64,000 bases of DNA from positions 164,176,001 through 164,240,000 of the forward strand of contig OX597816.1 in assembly GCA_951406725.2 (NCBI GenBank), written 5' to 3'. Within the stretch, counting starts at the first letter, position 1; the number at the start of each line of letters is the position of its first letter. Positions 55,948 through 64,000 of this stretch are shown here, in pieces. Origin of the DNA: Octopus vulgaris (taxonomy: Eukaryota). The position numbers and the translations under genes were made by a program. Under the pieces are notes generated by a model. The model saw only the letters and a list, made by a program, of their open reading frames with translations. It had not been told where the DNA came from and ran no database searches.

Positions 55948-56078
55948 CAGGGTGTCCCCAAAAAATGTATACACATAGTGATTCGGCAAAAGAGAACGAT
56001 CGAATAAGTACTAGACTTACAAAGAATAACAAATTTACAATTATTTAAGGTGTGTATACATTTTTTTGGGACACCCTG
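55948..56078. mobile_element. Tc1/mariner-type MITE (131 bp), second copy, inverted relative to 49505-49672
   Basis: 28-bp TIRs CAGGGTGTCCC(C/A)AAAAAATGTATACACA, TA flanks, same SINE A-derived interior. Confidence 0.88.
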
Positions 56079-56110
<32 letters not shown>

Positions 56111-56111
56111 T

Positions 56112-56170
<59 letters not shown>

Positions 56171-56932
56171 CTACAATGCGCGTGTGTTAAGGAGAAATTG
56201 AATGAATGAGATGAGGCGGCGAAGGTGAGCCGTGTATGTTTGCTAAAGAGAAGAGTGTGTGTGTGTGTTTATTGTCTGCAACAGTTTTAGCCTCTCGCCA
56301 CTCATTTAGTTCCCTGCCCGAACAATATGGAAGAAGCAGAAGGCAAGACCCGTGTTTGACCTCACGACCCTGCCAGAATTATGCTAGCTTACGAAGAGGT
56401 CAAATGAAATCCAAAGAAAAAGAGAGAGCAACATGTAAAGGTTAAAAACCGTTCATTTTTCTGGGCGCAAAATAACCACCATCGTTAAAACTGTGAGTAA
56501 AAGGTGAAGAATAAAAAGTCTAAACTAAAATCCGCGTACAAGATGGCGGGTAAATATCGTCTGCTTCTTGGTTAAAACTTACCCCACTGATAAAACGTTT
56601 ATTTAAGTTATGTATAATAATGATACCGTTGATAACGATAATAATGTATGATAATGTAAATAAGGTGAAATAGTGGTATAAAAGTATAGATTATTAGGAA
56701 ATATTATATGATGAAGGTAGCGATAAATAATTTTAATAATAGTAATGGATGGTTAGTTAAAGATTGTGAAATAGTGTTATAAACAGTTATATAATGTATA
56801 ATATAATATAAATCACGATGTTAGTGATGACTATATTAATAATTATGAAGTATAAAAATAACGATAATATTAAATAGTTATATGTATATGCACTTATGTT
56901 TGTGTATAACAAAAATTTTCAAGAATATTTGC

Positions 56933-56970
<38 letters not shown>

Positions 56971-57173
56971 CAACAACAACAACATCTATAATTATAATAA
57001 TAATAATAATAAACATAATAATAAAATTAATAATGATGATAATAATGTGAAATATTGTAATAAAATGCCGTATGTTGTTGAATTATATGTAATAGTGTTT
57101 ATGATAAAAAGCATCATAGCAGTAAGAATGTATGATGATATCGAACAGATGCATAAAATCAGTTTTTATATAA

Positions 57174-57222
<49 letters not shown>

Positions 57223-57385
57223 GTATGTATATATATATAATATGTATGTATGTATGTATGTATGTATAATCATCTACCTGTGTAAAAACAAACCAGTATC
57301 TAAGTATGTTTGCATGCGACATAGAGAGGGAAAGAAGTGGGTATATATCACTAGTGTTCATATAAACAAATTTTATTAAAAGTAT

Positions 57386-57467
<82 letters not shown>

Positions 57468-57471
57468 AGAG

Positions 57472-57530
<59 letters not shown>

Positions 57531-57567
57531 CACACACACAAACACAGAGGCAATATATGTATATAAT

Positions 57568-57777
57568 CGTTTCTACTATAGGGACAAGACTTGGAATTTA
57601 GGGGGAGGGGCAAGTCAATCACATCGATGTCAGTACTTAACTGGTACTTAATTCATTGACCTCGAAAGCATGAAAGGCTAAGTCGACCTCCGCGGAATTT
57701 GAACTCAGAACGTAAAGACAGACGAAATGCCGCTAAGCACTATGCCCGTCGTGCTAACGACTCCGCAAGCTCGCCTT
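57568..57777 (-). mobile_element. SINE family B (B2 tail)
   Basis: TGAAAGGCTAAGTCGACCTCCGCGGAATTTGAACTCAGAACG..GCTCGCC. Confidence 0.85.
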
Positions 57778-57831
57778 GATATACATATACATATATATGT
57801 GTGTGTGCGTGTGTGTGTATATATATATATA

Positions 57832-58062
57832 CCTTCGAAACAGGGGCAGCTGAAGAAGGGGAATGTTCCTTGTATTGTTTGTCCTGTACTCTGTTTTTTC
57901 GTTGTTAAAAAGAGTCTGTTTCCTTTGGTTTTATGTTTTCGTTTCTTGTGTTCTACGTTTATTTGTGGTGTCCTGTACTCATATATGCATGTATATATAT
58001 ATACATATAGATGTAGGTATGTACATATATGTATGTATGCATATGTTTTATTTATTAAATTG

Positions 58063-58065
<3 letters not shown>
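57832..58065 (+). mobile_element. Short (TA)n-embedded element (family H4); other copies at 41085-41296(-) and 59236-59468(-)
   Basis: GTCCTGTAC(T/C)CATATATGCATG..GTAGGTATGTACA and TTTTATGTTTTCGTTTCT segments are shared among the three copies. Confidence 0.7.
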
Positions 58066-58102
<37 letters not shown>

Positions 58103-58786
58103 ACGCACACAAGATCGCAAAAAAAAAATGAAAAATTCTCAAATACGGGTGGATGGATAGATAGATTGACTTAGATATAGACACGCACACGGATAGATGG
58201 ATGGACGGATGGACGGACGGACGAACAGTCAGGTAGATAGAAAGAAAAAGAGATAGATAAATTTATAGAAAGAAAGATGAATTCATTGATTGAGTGAGTG
58301 ATTGACAAATTTAAGAGATCGATAAATTAATAAGCTAACGGATAGACACATAGCTGGACAAACAAACAGATAGGTAGAAACACACACACACACACATACA
58401 TACATACATACACACACACATACATACATACATACATACATACATACATACATACATACATACATACATACATACATACATACATACATACATACATACA
58501 TACATACACACATACATACATACCTACATGAGACAGCCGGACAGACATAGCTCATCGTAATCGATGTTTACTAACACACACACACATACACACACACACA
58601 CATACACACACACACACACACGTGCACGCACGTGTATTTTATATATTATATATATGCACGCGTTTATGGAAACGGACACAAACGCATGCACATGTCTGTG
58701 TTATATTGTGTATGTTGCCCCAGCATGGCCACAGCTTGTGAGCTGAAACTAGATAAAAATAAAAATAAAAAATAAATATATATATA

Positions 58787-59189
58787 GGCGCAGGAGTGGC
58801 TGTGTGGTAAGTAGCTTGCTAACCAACCACATGGTTCCGGGTTCAGTCCCACTGCGTGGCATCTTGGGCAAGTGTCTTCTGCTATAGCTCCGGGCCGACC
58901 AATGCCTTGTGAGTGGATTTGGTAGACGGAAACTGAAAGAAGCCTGTCGTATATATGTATATATATATATATGTATATGTATGTGTTTGTGTGTCTGTGT
59001 TTGTCCCCCTAGCATTGACTGACAACCGACGCTGGTGTGTTTACGTCCCCGTCACTTAGCGGTTCGGCAAAAGAGACCGATAGAATAAGTACTGGGCTTA
59101 CAAAGAATAAGTCCCGGGGTCGAGTTGCTCGATTAAAGGCGGTGCTCCAGCATGGCCGCAGTCAAATGACTGAAACAAGTAAAAGAGTA
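58787..59189 (+). mobile_element. SINE family A, full length (reference copy)
   Basis: GGCGCAGGAGTGGCTGTGTGGTAAG (A-box), GGGTTCAGTCCC (B-box), CORE-like CTTGGGCAAGTGTCTT, tail GAAACAAGTAAAAGAGTA. Confidence 0.93.
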
Positions 59190-59463
59190 TATAGATAAAA
59201 CTTAGTTGGAAGTGGATGCGTGGCGTTCGATTCTATAATAACAAAATAATAAATAAAACATATGCATATATACATACATTTATGTACATACCTACATCTA
59301 TATGTATATATATATATACATGCATATGTGGGTACAGGATACCAAAAAAAAAAAAAAAAAAAAAACGTAGGGACACAAGGAGAAACGAAAACATAAAAAA
59401 CAAAAAACATGGAATCGGACTTTTTTCAAACAACGAAAAAAAACAGAGCACAAGACATACAAC

Positions 59464-59531
<68 letters not shown>

Positions 59532-59622
59532 ATATATAAACAATTGCAGCGTGGAAGGTGTTTATAAGCCATTTAAGAAACACACAAAAGCCGTTCGATT
59601 CACTTCAACATTTAAAGTTTAA

Positions 59623-59672
59623 TTTGTCAAAATATTTTCGTCGCTAAAATCCGCGACCTGTTCACTGACAAA
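59623..59672 (-). ncRNA. Minimal type I hammerhead ribozyme motif with G3:C8 covariation (family H3), in a short element at about 59538-59710
   Basis: Minus strand UUUGUCA-GUGAACA-G-GUCGC GGAUUUUA GCGAC-GAA-AAUAUU-U-UGACAAA: perfect 7-bp stem I, 5-bp stem II, palindromic stem III. Confidence 0.7.
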
Positions 59673-59811
59673 AATCCGTGCTGCATCTCTATGCGAGTAC
59701 ATCTCCGTAATATATATATATATATCCTTAAATCCTTAAATCCTTAAAAATGTTTTAGCCCGAAGGCCGCGGCCATGCTGGGGCACCACCGCTGAATGAG
59801 CTACACTAGTT

Positions 59812-59846
<35 letters not shown>

Positions 59847-59972
59847 CGAATACTGCAGAATTCCTGACGTAGATGCAGTGACAATTATATCGTAACTGTG
59901 GAAAACGTCAGGTAGCCTAAATGGTGAAAGTGCTTTCTTTAATTGGCGTACTACTAAGCATATACCCAAAGT

Positions 59973-60009
<37 letters not shown>

Positions 60010-60204
60010 ATATAAATACATATTATGTATGTATGCAAGGTGCCGGACAGTGAGAAATAACCCGAAACCATTTTCAAGGCCTTGTTGTGCCTTAGCGGCG
60101 AAACGGCAGAATCGTCAGTACGCCGTGGAAACCACCCAGCTGTGTTTCGTCCTTTTACATTCTGAGTTCAAATTCTGCCAAGGTGACCAAGAATTATCCC
60201 CACA

Positions 60205-60780
60205 TGGTGGAAGAAGACAGTATACAATGTTTCCTGTTGGGACCGATCAGTCCGATGCCAGCTCAACAGGTTCTGCCGCATGTCGGGCACCGGTGGTCTG
60301 CAGGGACTGAAGGCTAAGAGTTGATTCTAGACATGCGCAGTTCGCGTTTTCTTTGAGCCCCTGCAATCCGATTCTGCTGACGCTGATTCGCCAGGCAGAG
60401 AGGTCTTATGCTTCCGTTTTCCAGGAATCAAGGTTGATCTCAAAGCTGTTTCCTCGACATCACTAGCTCACAGACCGTGTTCAAATCCATTGTCGGCATT
60501 TCTTTACGAAACATTTTTTTCTTTCTTATTTGCTCCAGTTAACCTCTAGCTTCTATGAGGAGTTGTAACTGAAATGCATTTCACAACGCTGCGATTGGAA
60601 TCACCGAGCTCCGTTAGCTTCAGTTGATCCTCAGCTTCAAACTGTCTTTACCAATAATGTCAAGGTAGACGTGGGGTCTTCATCGTCTTTTAGAGTGCAG
60701 AAATTTCCAAAATATACAATAGAAACCAACTTGGTGTGGTGTTCAATGCGATCTTAGCGGTCAACAAAGCGTGTCTGCAT
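60205..60780 (-). mobile_element. Decayed RTE-clade LINE 3' fragment with terminal C2H2-like zinc finger
   Basis: Minus strand FEINLDSWKTEA*DLSAWRISV, then RIAGAQRKRELRMSR..HRCPTCGRTC*AGIGLIGPNRKH (RTE-type CPxCGRxFxxxIGLxSHxRxH). Confidence 0.8.
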
Positions 60781-61003
60781 TGCCGGGCCTTAACTCACCA
60801 GAATAAATATCAAACAGCCTACAGAAAATTACAGCAAATTTACTACGTAACTCCGAGCTTCCTGAAACAGCTGTTGAGTTAAGAAATTATGCATTTTCTT
60901 CTTAGTATTCTTTTATTTTTTATGCTCTATGTAAATATATCTATGTGCGTGAAGCCTGATTGTGTTTATCTCCATTACTACCACTCTCTCTCTCTCCTCT
61001 CTT

Positions 61004-61047
<44 letters not shown>

Positions 61048-61370
61048 GCTATGCTATCCGTTAGCCTGAAGATTTGAGAGGCCATCTGATATGTTTTGCA
61101 GTATTTTATAGATGTTGCACTTCATACATGCCTGCCTGTACGATGTTACAGGGCAATAAGATTTCTTTAAGAAACAAATTCTAGCGATACCGTATACTAA
61201 CCAGTTCGTCTGTTTTTAATATCATTTCGCGCCATGCTGGAGTCCTTTTCGACTTTGGAAACTCTTGGATTACCAAACACCAATAGACTTCCTGGATTGT
61301 TTACTTTATGGTTTGTGTTTTACCATAAAGCCATTAATGTGATGTGTATCATTTCGATACGCTCCGATGT

Positions 61371-61437
<67 letters not shown>

Positions 61438-61439
<2 letters not shown>

Positions 61440-61603
61440 CTAATCTTAACATGAAAACACAACAATGCGGGGACGTGGAACAAGTATAGTATTATTGGAC
61501 GCTCAGGAAAGCGGAGCTCTTCGTCAGAAACATAGGAAAAGGAAAGATCCAAAGAAGGGAAGACGGAGGAAAAAAATCCCCAACGGTACACACGCGATCA
61601 CAT
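61438..61603 (-). mobile_element. H1-related short element with canonical CUGACGA core half; GAAA half deleted
   Basis: Minus strand TTT-CTGACGA-A-GAGC TCC GCT|TTCCTGAGCGTCCAATAATAC; shares GCTCAGGAA with the H1 copies; (TA)n flanks. Confidence 0.6.
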
Positions 61604-62019
61604 TTATATATGTATGTATGTATATAAATATATATGTATGTATGTATGTGTATGTGTTTCTGTGCATGTGTATATATGTATGTATGTAGTACGAAAAGAT
61701 GGAATGATCAGGCTTTAATCCCAATCACAATTGTTTCTTTGCATTTAGCTTTTTTAAAATTAAGCAAGGCACTTCGTTTATCAACGGGGAATTACCAGGG
61801 AGTGGGGTTAATTCTGCGACAGATTGTGGTCCCATTCAAGACAGGGGACGAGGTTCGTATGCTCAATCTAAAAAATCCGGTTAAGTTCTGGCCTAACGAG
61901 TCAATAAACTCGAAGCAGACGTGTTTTACAATAAGAGGTCGAGTATTCCACGGACATCTAACATAAATTCAAAATCATCTCATCCACAACACTAGACTTA
62001 TTTTAATTACGGATAGATG

Positions 62020-62268
62020 CGTGAAAGCTCGTGGCTTTAGTAGTTTTCAGCTCATGATCGTAAGGTTGTGAGTTCGAATTTTGGTGATGCGTTGTGTCCT
62101 TAAGCAAGACACTTTATTTCACGTTGCATCAGTCCACTCAGCCTGCAAAAATGAGTTGTATAATCGACCTTGTCCATTCTGGGTCATATCACACTTCCCT
62201 CAGAACTACGTCAAGGGTACGTAGATGGGATCAACTGGAACCCTTGTCGTCGTAACCGACGGAGTACC
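62020..62268 (+). mobile_element. SINE family C, internally deleted
   Basis: GTGAGTTCGAAT, TGTGTCCTTAAGCAAGACACTTTATTTCACGTTGC, GTCGTCGTAACCGACGGAGT. Confidence 0.82.
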
Positions 62269-62399
62269 AGTCACGGGAAGATGCCCATCCAAAGGGCTTT
62301 CGCACAGTTTCCATCCACCTGCACAATTTCATTCCCAGAAGGTGTGTCGAATCAACAATACACACATTCATGCATAATGATGGGATCTTTCTTTTTCAC

Positions 62400-62768
62400 C
62401 TTTTGCTTGTGCTAGTCATTAGAATGCGGCCATGCTGGAGCACCGCCTTAAAGGTTTTTTTAAGTCTCGTACTTAATGTATCGATCTCATTTGACGATCC
62501 CTGTTAGTTACGTGCACGTAAACACAATAATACCGGTTATCAAGTGGTGGTGGTGGTGGTGGGAGGACAAACTGACACACATATATATACACACACAGAC
62601 ACACACACACACACACGCACAAACACACGTACATGACGGGCTTCATTCAGTTTCCGTCTATGAAATCCACTCGTAAGGCGTTGGTCAATCCGTGGCTATA
62701 CAAGAAGACACTTGCCCAAGGTGCCACGCAGTGGGACTGAAACCGAAACCATGTGCTTCTTACCACGC
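62400..62768 (-). mobile_element. SINE family A, diverged
   Basis: GCGGCCATGCTGGAGCACCGCC and GAAGACACTTGCCCAAGGTGCCACGCAGTGGGACTGAA. Confidence 0.8.
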
Positions 62769-62944
62769 AGCGAAAGAAAATTGTGTACAGTTAGAGAGTA
62801 CAGCGCGTATAAGTAAGGTGTGACACACACACATGCAAACATACGTATACACACAATGGCGCAAACACAAGCATATGAATACCTATATACACGCACATAC
62901 ATATAGAGAATTATTACATGCAGAAACATACACACTTATATGGA

Positions 62945-62952
62945 TGTATGTG

Positions 62953-63029
<77 letters not shown>

Positions 63030-63505
63030 CCATATACACATACACATATACATATATATAGATATATACATACATATATATATATATATATACATCCATA
63101 TATATATATATATATACATCCATATATATATACATATATATACAGATATATACATATATACACACACACACATATATATATACATATATATATATATGTA
63201 TACATAAATATATAGATATATATATATATATATACACATATACATACATATATATATACACACATATACATACATATATATGCATATATATACATATATA
63301 TGCATATATAAGCATACATATATATACATACACATATATACATATATACACACATATATACATATATATATATACATATACACATACATATATATATATA
63401 CATATATACATACATGTATGTATACAAACATATACACACACATGTATATGTATACATTCATATATGTATATACATATATGTTTACATACATATATTCACA
63501 TATGG

Positions 63506-63554
<49 letters not shown>

Positions 63555-63665
63555 GATACATATACACAGCATATATATGCGTGTGTGTGTGTGTATATAT
63601 ATATACATACAAACATACATGTATGTGTGTGTATATATATATATATATATATACATACATGTATG

Positions 63666-63728
<63 letters not shown>

Positions 63729-63730
63729 GC
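62945..63730. repeat. Degenerate (TA)n/(TACA)n field; similar fields at 27980-28450, 33480-34270, 44690-45265, 48430-48805 and 54200-54660
   Basis: Directly visible. Confidence 0.95.
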
Positions 63731-64000
63731 GCTTATACATGCAAGCGCGTGTGTGTATCCCCCCGTCTGCTCTGTGAATTCTTTGTTTTTATGAACTGTC
63801 GTCGACTAAACGATTCCATCATTTTCTTCTTTAATAATTTGTTGTTGCCGTGTTTTTTTTTTCTTTTTTATTCTTTTTCTTCTTCTTATTATTTTTATTC
63901 TTGTTGTTGTTGTTACTGCTGCTGCTGCTGCAGCTGCTACGACTACTGCTGTAGTTGTAGTCTGCTGCAGCACAGCTTTGCTAATGCAGTCGGTCAAATT

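Noticed and set aside
58787-58862. SINE heads (families A, B, C) as tRNA genes
   Set aside because: A/B boxes are present but there is no full cloverleaf or acceptor stem, and the heads continue into SINE bodies.
61634-61966. PFKTGDEVRM resembling an integrase C-terminal GDxV motif
   Set aside because: Too short, and no other integrase motifs nearby.

Overview
AT-rich, extremely microsatellite-dense eukaryotic DNA with no supportable host protein-coding exon. Nearly all ORF-track entries are translated (TA)n/(CA)n/(TATC)n/(TAA)n tracts or SINE sequence. The repeat landscape resembles a coleoid cephalopod (Octopus-like) intergenic or intronic region; this is an inference from recalled SINE families, not a checked result. 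Identifiable content: four interspersed SINE-like families (A-D, more than 35 copies or fragments, A-C with tRNA-type A/B-box heads), decayed LINE fragments (two R4/Dong-like, two RTE-like, one weak CR1/L2-like), a hAT (Buster/Charlie-like) remnant, several MITEs and fold-back elements, and a 20-bp minisatellite. The most notable signal is a set of at least three distinct families of short (about 80-230 bp) non-coding elements inserted in (TA)n tracts that carry minimal type-I hammerhead ribozyme motifs like those of Penelope-like retroelements. One has an intact CUGAUGA/GAAA core, one has a compensatory G3:C8 swap, and one family lacks the canonical A6 in three of four copies. Other notable observations: a minisatellite that appears to have grown out of the WAG codons of an RTE LINE, a Tc1/mariner MITE family carrying a captured SINE fragment, a GT target preference for SINE family B, and a CpG-decayed domain at about 7.5-18 kb. 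All coordinates were read by eye and may be off by a few bases.
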